A stretch of 64,000 bases of DNA from Actinomycetota bacterium (GTDB taxonomy: Bacteria > Actinomycetota > Acidimicrobiia > IMCC26256 > PALSA-555): NCBI GenBank assembly GCA_003140175.1, contig PLJD01000043.1, positions 13,271 to 77,270 on the forward strand, written 5' to 3'. The notes below the pieces were generated by a model. It made no database searches. It worked only from the letters and a program-made list of their open reading frames with translations, and was not told the origin of the DNA. Below are positions 56,141-64,000 of the stretch, in pieces; position 1 is the first letter of the stretch, and every line of letters starts with the position of its first letter. The position numbers and the translations under genes are program-made.

Positions 56141-57279
56141 CCTGTCTCCGTCGCCGGCGGCGCGAGGAGCTCCTCGGTGTGCTCGTGCAGCCGCGGTGGC
56201 ACCCGGTACTCCGGGCGCGCGTCGTTGAAGCGGATCGGACTCCCGACCATCTGCAACGGTCCGTCGGCGGTGTCGACGGACACGACCATGCCGCGCGAAC
56301 GGACGAGCTCACCATCGAGCGCATCGCCAAGACCGACCACCGCACCCACCGCGATCCCGAGCGGCCGGAGACGCTCGACCCACTCCTGCGCCGTCGCCTG
56401 CGTGAGCCGGGCGGCGAGCGCGTCGAGCAGCTCGTCGCGATGCTCGGAGCGCGCGTGCATCGTTGCGAACCGCGGATCGTCCGCCCACTCGGGGCGTTCG
56501 ATCTCACCGCACAGTCGCCGCCAGAACTCGTCATGGGTGACGAACAGTGCGACGTACCCGGACGCCGTCGCGAAGAGCTGCGCCGGCACGTAGAACGCAT
56601 GAGCCCCGAGCGGCTGACGGGACGGCGCGCCGCCGCCGTTGAGGTAGGTCGCCGCCTTGTAGTTGAGCTGCGACAGCATGACGTCGAAGAGCGAGACGTC
56701 TACCTGGCCCCCCTTGCCTTCGAGGACCTTCGCCACGAGCCCGAGCGCAGCCATGATCCCAGACGAGTTGTCAACGGCGGAGTACCCGGCCAGGGTGGGT
56801 GGTCCGTCAGGTTCCCCCGTCATGTCGGCCACGCCTGCCATCGCCTGGATCACGTAGTCGAACGCGGGCCACTCGGCGGCCGGACCCTCGAGCCCGTACC
56901 CCGTGACCGCGACGCACACGATCTTCGGGTTGAAGCGATGCAGCGACTCGTAGTCGAGCCCGAGCCGCCTGATCGCCGAGGGACGCAGGTTCACCAGCAG
57001 CGCGTGTGCCGTCGTCGCGAGCTCGCCCAGCTCCGCCTGTCCCAGTGTGGAGGTCAAGTCGATATGGACGCTGCGCTTGTTGCGGTTCAGGCTCGCGAAG
57101 TACACGTTGTGCTCGTCGACGCGCTGCGAACCCACCTGCCGGGAGAGGTCGCCCGCGAGCGGCTCGATCTTGATCACGTCGGCCCCGAGGTCCGCGAGCA
57201 ACATCCCCCCGTAGGGGCCTGCGAGGATGTGTCCCACCTCGAGCACGCGGATCCCGGTGAGTGGACCGGTGGGCGGCAA
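56128..57279 (-). CDS. family III CoA-transferase
   Basis: LTGIRVLEVGHILAGPYGGMLLADLGADVIKIEP and ASLNRNKRS. TTG at 57279 lies 7 nt after AAGGAG. The upstream part of track ORF 56128..57810 is antisense to the SDR gene. Confidence 0.85.
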   Translation of the reverse strand: MPPTGPLTGIRVLEVGHILAGPYGGMLLADLGADVIKIEPLAGDLSRQVGSQRVDEHNVYFASLNRNKRSVHIDLTSTLGQAELGELATTAHALLVNLRPSAIRRLGLDYESLHRFNPKIVCVAVTGYGLEGPAAEWPAFDYVIQAMAGVADMTGEPDGPPTLAGYSAVDNSSGIMAALGLVAKVLEGKGGQVDVSLFDVMLSQLNYKAATYLNGGGAPSRQPLGAHAFYVPAQLFATASGYVALFVTHDEFWRRLCGEIERPEWADDPRFATMHARSEHRDELLDALAARLTQATAQEWVERLRPLGIAVGAVVGLGDALDGELVRSRGMVVSVDTADGPLQMVGSPIRFNDARPEYRVPPRLHEHTEELLAPPATETGHAS

Positions 57280-57367
57280 TACCGTTCTCCTTTTTCGAGA
57301 GCAGCCTTGCACGAAACGAGGTGAGCGTCCATACTCGCGGGATTCCGCGCCGTCGAACGGGGGACCG

Positions 57368-58111
57368 ATGAGCCGCGTCGCAGTCGTCACCGGCGCCGCC
57401 TCGGGTATGGGCCTGGCGGTGGCCCGCCACCTCGCGGACCGGGGGCACCGGCTCGGGCTCCTCGATCTCGACGCTGCCGCGGTGCAACAGGCCGCCGCGA
57501 ACCTGCAGAGCTCCGGCACGCACGCGCTCGGTGCCGCCGTAGATGTCGCTGACCGCGCGACGGTCGACGAGGCGCTGGGCAAGGTCCGCAGCGAGCTCGG
57601 TCCGGTGGAGATCATCGTGACGAGCGCCGGCATCGACGAGTTCACGTCGTTCACCGACATCACCGCCGAGTCGTGGAACCGCGTCGTCGCTGTCAACCTC
57701 ACCGGGACGTTCCACTGCCTCCAGGCCGCCATCCCCGACATGCTGGATGCGGGCTGGGGCCGCATCGTGACGATCTCCTCGTCGAGCGCGCAGTCGGGCG
57801 CCGCGCGCATGGCCCATTACGTCGCCTCGAAGGGCGGGGTCATCGGCCTCACCAAGGCATTGGCGAAGGAGTATGCAGCCCACGGGATCACCGTGAACAC
57901 GATTCCCCCGGGCTTCATCGACACGCCCATGGTGCGTCGGGCCGAGGCGGCCGGCGACCTCCCGAGCATCGACGCCGTCACCGCGCGCACGCCCGTGCGG
58001 AGGGCCGGGACGCCCGACGACATCGCGGCCGCCTGCGTGTTCCTCTGCTCGGACGAAGCCGGCTACATCACCGGTCAGCAGATCAACGTCAACGGCGGTT
58101 GGTACATGTGA
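57368..58111 (+). CDS. short-chain dehydrogenase/reductase (FabG-like)
   Basis: Motifs VAVVTGAASGMGLA, TSAGI, YVASKGGV and NVNGGW. Confidence 0.9.
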   Translation: MSRVAVVTGAASGMGLAVARHLADRGHRLGLLDLDAAAVQQAAANLQSSGTHALGAAVDVADRATVDEALGKVRSELGPVEIIVTSAGIDEFTSFTDITAESWNRVVAVNLTGTFHCLQAAIPDMLDAGWGRIVTISSSSAQSGAARMAHYVASKGGVIGLTKALAKEYAAHGITVNTIPPGFIDTPMVRRAEAAGDLPSIDAVTARTPVRRAGTPDDIAAACVFLCSDEAGYITGQQINVNGGWYM

Positions 58112-58144
58112 GCTCGGCCGGTCCTCGACTCGCGGCGTCGACCG

Positions 58145-59350
58145 TCAGGACGTGACGACTGGCAAGCACTCCCACCCGCGCACCGTCGAGGTGCGGGCCT
58201 GCACAGCACGGTCCCGGTCGATCTCCCATGACGGGAACCTCAGCAGAACCTCCTCCAGCGCGATGCGACCCTCCAGCCGAGCGAGCGCGGCACCCATGCA
58301 GAAATGGATTCCGTAACCGAAGGCCAGGTGATGGTCGATCGTGCGGTGGATGTCGAAGCGGTCGCCGTCTGCGAACTTTCGCTCGTCACGGTTCCCCGAC
58401 GCCGTCAGCAGGAGCATGGCGCTTCCCCGAGGCACGACCACTCCGTAGTGCTCGACGTCCTCGGCGACGAAGCGCGCCTGCACGGGTGACGGCGACTCGT
58501 AGCGCAACACCTCCTCGATCGCGTTCGGAATGAGGCCAGGGTCGTCGACGATCTCGCGACGCTGGTCCGGATGGTCGGCGAGCACCTTGCCGGCCCATCC
58601 GATGAGCCGCGTCGTGGTCTCGTTGCCAGCCGCTGCGAGCAGATTGACGTAACCCAGCACCTCCTGGCGGGTGAGCCTGTGTCGCGCCCCAGTCTCGTCC
58701 TCGTACTCCCCTTGGAGCAGCTCGGTCATCAGGTCGTCGGAGGGATGCTCCGCGCGCCACTCGATGTACTCCTCGAACTCGGTCCCGGGGGCGGCCCCCG
58801 TGCCGTACTGCGCGTCGGGGTCGGGCATGGCGCCCTCGGCGAGACGGAGACCATCGTCGATACGATGACGGATGGCTTCTTGGTCCTGCTCGGGGATGCC
58901 GAGGAGCAGGCCGATGGTGCGCATGGGCATCGGTGCACCGAGGTCCACGATGAAGTCGAACCCACCGGTGCCCACGAGCGGATCGAGGCTGCGCGCACAG
59001 AACTCGCGGATCTTCGGCTCGATCGCGCCGACTCTGCGAGGTGTGAAGACGCGGGACAGCAGGCCGCGATGGAGATCATGGGCGGGAGGATCCTCGAAGA
59101 TGATCGTGCCCGGCGGGATCTCCATCCCGCTCTTGATGACCTCCAGGACGGTGCCCTTTCCCGAGATGTAGGTCTTGCAGTCGACCGATGCTCGTTGGAC
59201 ATCGTTGAACCGGCTCAGGGCATAGAAGTCGTAGCGATCGTTGTGGTACAGCGGCCGCTCGTCGCGGAGCCGCTTGAAGACTGGGTACGGATCCGAGTCG
59301 ATGTCGAAGTCGTACGGGTCGTAGGAGACCTCTGAGTCCGTGGCCGTCAT
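58145..59350 (-). CDS. cytochrome P450
   Basis: Motifs FGYGIHFCMGAALAR, AAGNETTT and EEVLRY. ATG at 59350 (MTATDSEVSYDPYD). Confidence 0.9.
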   Translation of the reverse strand: MTATDSEVSYDPYDFDIDSDPYPVFKRLRDERPLYHNDRYDFYALSRFNDVQRASVDCKTYISGKGTVLEVIKSGMEIPPGTIIFEDPPAHDLHRGLLSRVFTPRRVGAIEPKIREFCARSLDPLVGTGGFDFIVDLGAPMPMRTIGLLLGIPEQDQEAIRHRIDDGLRLAEGAMPDPDAQYGTGAAPGTEFEEYIEWRAEHPSDDLMTELLQGEYEDETGARHRLTRQEVLGYVNLLAAAGNETTTRLIGWAGKVLADHPDQRREIVDDPGLIPNAIEEVLRYESPSPVQARFVAEDVEHYGVVVPRGSAMLLLTASGNRDERKFADGDRFDIHRTIDHHLAFGYGIHFCMGAALARLEGRIALEEVLLRFPSWEIDRDRAVQARTSTVRGWECLPVVTS

Positions 59351-59501
59351 CGCGGTTCCGAGCTGACGGGGCTGGGCTTCCCGAGATGAGGCACGCGCGC
59401 TTCCCTTCGCCGGGCCCGTCCGGGCAGCGGACGGTCTCGCGAGCGAAGATAACATACCTTTCCAATCACGAGAAGATCGTTTCCACCCAGGGGGCTGCGA
59501 G

Positions 59502-60455
59502 ATGCGCGTCGGCATGATGGTGGGTCCGGAGCGAGGCCGCTACGCGGCCAAGGTCGACCGGCTCCGAGCTGACGGTCGGTGGGCCGAGGACGCCGGCCTC
59601 GCGTCGGTCTGGATCCCCCAGATCCCCGATGACTTCGACGCCTTGACCGCCGTCGCCGTCGTCGCCGCGGACACGACGCGGATCGAGATCGGTACCGCGG
59701 TGGTCCCAATCCAACCTCGCCATCCGATCGCGCTCGCGCAGCATGTGCTGTCGGTCCAGGCGGTGTGCGACGGACGTCTCGCACTCGGTCTCGGCGTGTC
59801 GCACCACTGGGTTATCGACACGATGCTCGGGTTGCCCTACGAGCGACCCGCGTCGACCATGCGCGCGTACCTCGACGTCCTCGATCAGGCACTCCGCGGA
59901 AACGGCAATGTGGATGTCGAGAACGAGGTGTTCCGCGTGCACAACCCGCTCGACATCACTGACATCGCTCCCACCCCGGTCCTGCTCGCTGCGCTGGGTC
60001 CGGTCATGCTCCGATTGGCCGGTGAGCGGACCGACGGGACCATCCTGTGGATGGCCGACGAACGGGCGATCGGTTCGCACGTCGTCCCGACCATCACGCA
60101 CGCGGCCGAGGCGGCGGGACGGCCGGCACCGCGCGTCGTCGCCGGCATCCCGGTGTGCCTCTGCGGTGACGACGAGGTCGACGTCGCCGAAGCGCGGGCG
60201 AACCGCATCCTCGCCGAGGCGGAGATGTCGCCGAACTATCAGCGGTTGCTTGAGCACGGCGACGCTCGAAATGTCGGCGACATCCTCGCGGCGGGGAGCG
60301 AGGCGACGATCGAGCAGCGGTTGCGTTCCTTCGCCGACGCCGGCGTCACAGACATCTCGGTCCGGGTCATGCCGATCGGTCAGGGCCGAGACGAGCTCGT
60401 GGCGTCCTACCAACGGACGCGGGCCTTCGTCGCGGCACTCACCGAGCGTCTCTGA
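59502..60455 (+). CDS. luciferase-like monooxygenase family, F420-dependent-oxidoreductase type
   Basis: 317 aa with MRVGMMVGPE...AGLASVWIPQIPDDFDALT...GLGVSHHWV. Length and layout fit LLM class proteins. Confidence 0.8.
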   Translation: MRVGMMVGPERGRYAAKVDRLRADGRWAEDAGLASVWIPQIPDDFDALTAVAVVAADTTRIEIGTAVVPIQPRHPIALAQHVLSVQAVCDGRLALGLGVSHHWVIDTMLGLPYERPASTMRAYLDVLDQALRGNGNVDVENEVFRVHNPLDITDIAPTPVLLAALGPVMLRLAGERTDGTILWMADERAIGSHVVPTITHAAEAAGRPAPRVVAGIPVCLCGDDEVDVAEARANRILAEAEMSPNYQRLLEHGDARNVGDILAAGSEATIEQRLRSFADAGVTDISVRVMPIGQGRDELVASYQRTRAFVAALTERL

Positions 60456-60521
60456 GACTCGAGGAGCGAACGGCGACGCGAGCACGCCGCAACGGGACCG
60501 GAGCACGCGCCTGACCTGGCA

Positions 60522-60932
60522 CTACGAGTGGAGGTGATCCGTTTCTGACAGCGCTCGCATGCTGTCGAGCAGCACCTCGAGCGGGGTCCCGGTCGGGTAG
60601 ACGGCGGCGGCACCGGCGGCCTTGAGCCGTGCGACATCGCGCTGGGGGACCGTGCCGCCCACGACGAGCAGGACGTCATCGGCGCCGACCGCCCGAAGCG
60701 CGTCCGCGGTCTTGCGCGTCAGCGCGAGATGCGCGCCGCTGAGGATGCTGAGGCCGACGATCTGCACGCCTTCCTGGAGCGCGACCGACGCGATCGCCTC
60801 AGGGCGCTGGCGGATCCCCGTGTAGATGACCTCGAAGCCGGCGTCACGCAGCGCTCGTGCGACGAGCTTCGCGCCCCGGTCGTGACCGTCGAGTCCGGGC
60901 TTCGCGACGAGGACACGCGCCGGCCCCGGCAT
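60522..60932 (-). CDS. acyl-CoA mutase small subunit (cobalamin-binding domain)
   Basis: VLVAKPGLDGHDRGAKLVARALRDAGFEV contains the DxHxxG base-off/His-on B12 motif, plus GLSILSG. ATG at 60932 shares one base with the large-subunit stop. Confidence 0.9.
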   Translation of the reverse strand: MPGPARVLVAKPGLDGHDRGAKLVARALRDAGFEVIYTGIRQRPEAIASVALQEGVQIVGLSILSGAHLALTRKTADALRAVGADDVLLVVGGTVPQRDVARLKAAGAAAVYPTGTPLEVLLDSMRALSETDHLHS

Positions 60933-62518
60933 CAGAACACCGCCGGCTGCTGGAACTCGCCCCACTTGCCCTTGAGCACGTCGACCATCTCGCCGACGGT
61001 GCAGTACGCCTTCGCGCAGTCCACGAGGCGTGGCATCAGGTTGTCGTCGTCGCGGGCTGCGGCGGCACCCAACGCGGTGAGGGTCGCGCGTACCTCCGAC
61101 GACGAGCGCGAGCGTTTTACCTCGGCGAGCCGCTCGAGTTGGCGGATCCGGCCCTGTTCGTCCATCTCGTAGCCCTCCACCTCGGGCGGGTCGTCGTCGG
61201 TCTCGAACCGGTTGACCCCGACGATCGCGCGCTCCCCGGAGGTAATCGCCTGCTGGACGCGGAACGCCTCCTCCGAAATGAGGCGCTGCAGGTAGCCCTC
61301 CTCGACGGCTTGCACCATTCCGCCCCGCCGCTCGAGGTCGTCCATGATCTCGACGACCCGGGCTTCCATCTCGTTGGTGAGCGCCTCGACGTAGTACGAG
61401 CCTCCCAGCGGATCGGCAACCCGGGCCACGCCGGTCTCGTAAGCCAGCACCTGTTGGGTCCGCAGCGCGAGTGTGGCCGAGTCTTCGCTCGGGAGCGCGA
61501 ACGGCTCGTCCCAGGCCGCGGTGAACATCGACTGGACGCCGCCGAGGACCGACGCCAGCGCCTCGTAGGCGACGCGGACGACATTGTTCTGCGCCTGGGG
61601 TGCGTACAGGGACGCGCCGCCGGCGACGCAGCCCACGCGGAACATGCAGGAGCGGTCATCCTTCGCCCCATACCGTTCCCGGACGATGCGGGCCCAGCGC
61701 CGGCGTCCGGCCCGGTACTTGGCGATCTCCTCGAAGAAATCGCCGTGCGTGTAGAAGAAGAAGGACACCTGGGGTGCGAACTCGTCGATCGTCATGCGAC
61801 CTCGCGCCATCACCTCGTCGCAATAGGTGATGCCGTCCATGAGCGTGAACGCCATCTCCTGGGCCGCATTGGCGCCGGCGTCGCGGAAGTGGGCTCCGGC
61901 CACCGAGATGGCGTTGAACCGAGGCACCTCTTCGGCGCAGAACTCGATCGTGTCGGCGATGAGGCGCAGCGACGGCCGGGGTGGCCAGATCCACGTGCCA
62001 CGGCTCACGTACTCCTTCAGGATGTCGTTCTGGATCGTCCCTCGGAGCTTCGCTCGCTCGACACCCTGCTTCTCACCGACGGCCACATAGAAAGCGAGCA
62101 GGATCGCGGCGGTGCCGTTGATCGTGAAGCTCGTACTGATCGCGTCGAGGGGGATCGCGTCGAACAGGATCTCGGCATCGGCGAGCGTGTCGAGCGCGAC
62201 GCCGACCCGCCCGACCTCCTCTTCGACGTCGGGGTGATCGGAGTCGTATCCGCACTGCGTCGGGAGGTCAAGGGCAACCGACAGGCCGGTCCCGCCCTGG
62301 GCGAGGAGATAGCGGTACCGCTTATTCGACTCCTCGGGCGTCCCGAAGCCTGAGTACTGGCGGATGGTCCAGACGCGCCCGCGGTAGCCGTCGCGAAAGT
62401 TCCCCCGCGTGAACGGGAACTCGCCGGGCGGCGGGAGCGACTCGGTCGGGGGCAGGTCGGCGGGGCCGTAGCTCACCGCCAGCGGGATCCCCGCCTCGCT
62501 GTGCACCCCGTCGTCCAC
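60932..62518 (-). CDS. acyl-CoA mutase large (substrate-binding TIM-barrel) subunit, methylmalonyl-CoA-mutase family
   Basis: FPFTRG, WTIRQYSGFG, GLSVALDLPTQ, GTIQNDILKEY, FFEEIAKYRAGRRRWA and DPLGGSYYVE. No B12 domain is present in this chain. Confidence 0.9.
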   Translation of the reverse strand: MDDGVHSEAGIPLAVSYGPADLPPTESLPPPGEFPFTRGNFRDGYRGRVWTIRQYSGFGTPEESNKRYRYLLAQGGTGLSVALDLPTQCGYDSDHPDVEEEVGRVGVALDTLADAEILFDAIPLDAISTSFTINGTAAILLAFYVAVGEKQGVERAKLRGTIQNDILKEYVSRGTWIWPPRPSLRLIADTIEFCAEEVPRFNAISVAGAHFRDAGANAAQEMAFTLMDGITYCDEVMARGRMTIDEFAPQVSFFFYTHGDFFEEIAKYRAGRRRWARIVRERYGAKDDRSCMFRVGCVAGGASLYAPQAQNNVVRVAYEALASVLGGVQSMFTAAWDEPFALPSEDSATLALRTQQVLAYETGVARVADPLGGSYYVEALTNEMEARVVEIMDDLERRGGMVQAVEEGYLQRLISEEAFRVQQAITSGERAIVGVNRFETDDDPPEVEGYEMDEQGRIRQLERLAEVKRSRSSSEVRATLTALGAAAARDDDNLMPRLVDCAKAYCTVGEMVDVLKGKWGEFQQPAVF

Positions 62519-62632
62519 CGGACCATCCTAGCGAAAACAAGATATGCAGCCAGTGTGAGCACGACGCACAGAACCTGAGAGCACTATTCTCATCCAGCAG
62601 TCGCACCGTCGCGCACGCTCGAGAGGGTGGGG

Positions 62633-63424
62633 ATGCCGGAGTCGGATCGGAAGAGCACCCGTGGGGGTGTGCGCGTCGAGATCGACGCGGGAGTCGCCGT
62701 CGTCACCATCGACCGCCCCGACGTCCGCAACGCCATCGGCGCCGCGACGGTCGACGAGCTCGGGGCAGCGCTCGATCACGTGCTGGAGTCCAGCGCGGCC
62801 GTACTTGTCCTCCGCGGCGCGGGCGATCGAGCCTTCGTCTCGGGTGGCGACCTCAAGGAGCTCAGCGCGATTCGGACGCACGAGGCCGCCGTCGAGATGG
62901 CGAGTGGGGTACGGCGAGTCCTGGACCGAGTGGCTGCCTTCCCGGTCCCGGTGATCGCCGCGCTCAACGGGCATGCCCTCGGCGGTGGAGCAGAGGTCGC
63001 GATCGCGGCAGATGTCCGAATCGCGGCGGACGACGTCAAGATCGGCTTCAACCAGGTGACCCTCGGCATCATGCCAGCGTGGGGTGGCGCAGAGCGGCTC
63101 GCCCAGACGGTCGGGCGGAGCCGGGCGCTGCTGGCGATCGCGACCGGCGACCTCCTCGACGCGCCCACCGCACAGCACTGGGGCCTCGTCGACATCGTCG
63201 TCCCGCGGGCCGCATTCGACGACGAATGGCGCGCGCTCGCGCGTCGACTGGTGACGTCTGCGCCGGGGACGACGCGCGCGGTGAAGGCAGTCATCGCGGC
63301 CGCATTCCCCTCCGTCCATCCGGACCTCGAGGCCGACGCCACCGACGCGTTCGCGCGGCTGTGGACCGCGGACGCGCACTGGGCCGCGGTCGAAGCGTTG
63401 GAGCAGAAGAGGCGAGCCGGGTAG
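62633..63424 (+). CDS. enoyl-CoA hydratase/isomerase
   Basis: VVTIDRPDVRNAI, LRGAGDRAFVSGGDLKE and AALNGHALGGG. ATG at 62633 follows GAGAGGG. Confidence 0.85.
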   Translation: MPESDRKSTRGGVRVEIDAGVAVVTIDRPDVRNAIGAATVDELGAALDHVLESSAAVLVLRGAGDRAFVSGGDLKELSAIRTHEAAVEMASGVRRVLDRVAAFPVPVIAALNGHALGGGAEVAIAADVRIAADDVKIGFNQVTLGIMPAWGGAERLAQTVGRSRALLAIATGDLLDAPTAQHWGLVDIVVPRAAFDDEWRALARRLVTSAPGTTRAVKAVIAAAFPSVHPDLEADATDAFARLWTADAHWAAVEALEQKRRAG

Positions 63425-63448
63425 CAGTTGCAGCCGGGTGGCCCCGGA

Positions 63449-64000
63449 TCAGACCCGGTCGAGATCGAGCATCCGGATCGCGTTCCCGCGGAGCACCTTG
63501 TAGCGCTGCTCGTCTGTCAGCGCCGCGGTCATGCGCTCCGCCTCCTCGCGGGCGAACGGCCACGTCGTGTCGGTGTGCGGGTAATCCGTCTCGAAGCAGA
63601 TGTTGTCCTCGCCGACCGCGTCGATAGACGCCACCCCGTGAACATCATTCGTGAAGCACCCGAAGATCCGACCGCGGTAGTAGGTAGACGGCGGTTCGGG
63701 AATCGCGTCCTTCGCGTGCGTCCAGTTCGAGTGGTACTCCCACGTGTTGTCGGCTCGCTCCAGGGCGTACGGGATCCAACCGATCTGACCTTCGGAGTAG
63801 GCCAGCTTGAGCTCGGGATATCGCACGAGCACCCCGGAGAACAAGAAGTCCGCCAGTGACGCCATGGAGTTGTTGAACGACAGCATGATGTCCGTCGACG
63901 GTGGCGCGTCCGGAGACGCGGCCGGCATCTTGGACGACGACCCGATGTGCATGCACAGCACTGTGCGCGTCTCCTCACACACCGCGAACAGGGGATCCCA
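63449..64000 (-). CDS. amidohydrolase, PF04909 type (partial; 5-prime end beyond the window)
   Basis: C-terminal 180 aa are collinear with and highly similar to the gene at 8911..10140. The frame stays open to the window edge. Confidence 0.85.
   Translation of the reverse strand, partial: WDPLFAVCEETRTVLCMHIGSSSKMPAASPDAPPSTDIMLSFNNSMASLADFLFSGVLVRYPELKLAYSEGQIGWIPYALERADNTWEYHSNWTHAKDAIPEPPSTYYRGRIFGCFTNDVHGVASIDAVGEDNICFETDYPHTDTTWPFAREEAERMTAALTDEQRYKVLRGNAIRMLDLDRV

Noticed and set aside
58112-58144. Imperfect hairpin CGGTC..CGAC/GTCG..GACCG between the convergent SDR and P450 genes, as a bidirectional terminator
   Set aside because: The stem is short and bulged and there is no U-tract. 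I cannot distinguish it from random GC-rich complementarity without folding energies.
1-64000. Mobile-element, prophage, defence-system, CRISPR and RNA-gene signatures
   Set aside because: I saw no transposase, integrase, recombinase, Cas, restriction, toxin-antitoxin or phage structural motif in any frame of the ORF track. There are no spaced direct-repeat arrays and no rRNA or tRNA-like structures. The only repeats are the gene-fragment copies reported above.

Overview
High-GC (roughly 68%) actinobacterial-type chromosomal segment. It is almost fully coding, and many neighbouring genes overlap by 1 to 14 nt (ATGA, GTGA, TGATG), which suggests translational coupling. I found no rRNA, tRNA, CRISPR array, transposase, integrase or phage gene. 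The content is a catabolic super-cluster. Intact genes I can support: 6 cytochrome P450s, 2 Baeyer-Villiger monooxygenases, 1 Rieske oxygenase alpha subunit, 1 FNR/2Fe-2S reductase and 6 PF04909-type amidohydrolase paralogs. There are also a D-aminoacylase-family hydrolase, an HSL-type esterase, an epoxide hydrolase, 5 SDRs, an aldo/keto reductase, an aldehyde dehydrogenase and a CoxL-like molybdenum hydroxylase large subunit. The CoA-level set has 5 acyl-CoA dehydrogenase genes (two apparent alpha/beta pairs), 3 enoyl-CoA hydratases, 2 family-III CoA-transferases and an acyl-CoA synthetase. It also has a thiolase-like protein with a DUF35 partner and a split B12-dependent acyl-CoA mutase. A Liv-type ABC importer is encoded as three genes, with fused permease and fused ATPase. 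There are two TetR regulators, one an internally duplicated single-chain form. The main observations worth follow-up: (1) a patchwork of three gene fragments at 41.85-42.24 kb, copied from elsewhere in the window; (2) about eight decayed or truncated genes, concentrated at 8.0-8.9, 22.3-23.1, 36.0-36.6 and 51.0-51.6 kb; (3) a 17-nt palindromic motif shared by two divergent promoter regions; (4) an acyl-CoA mutase whose remembered substrate-pocket motifs look non-canonical; (5) a 67-codon ORF coupled at both ends inside the synthetase/DUF35/thiolase operon. All functions come from reading motifs in the supplied translations. No database search was run. Start codons are often uncertain by tens of nt.
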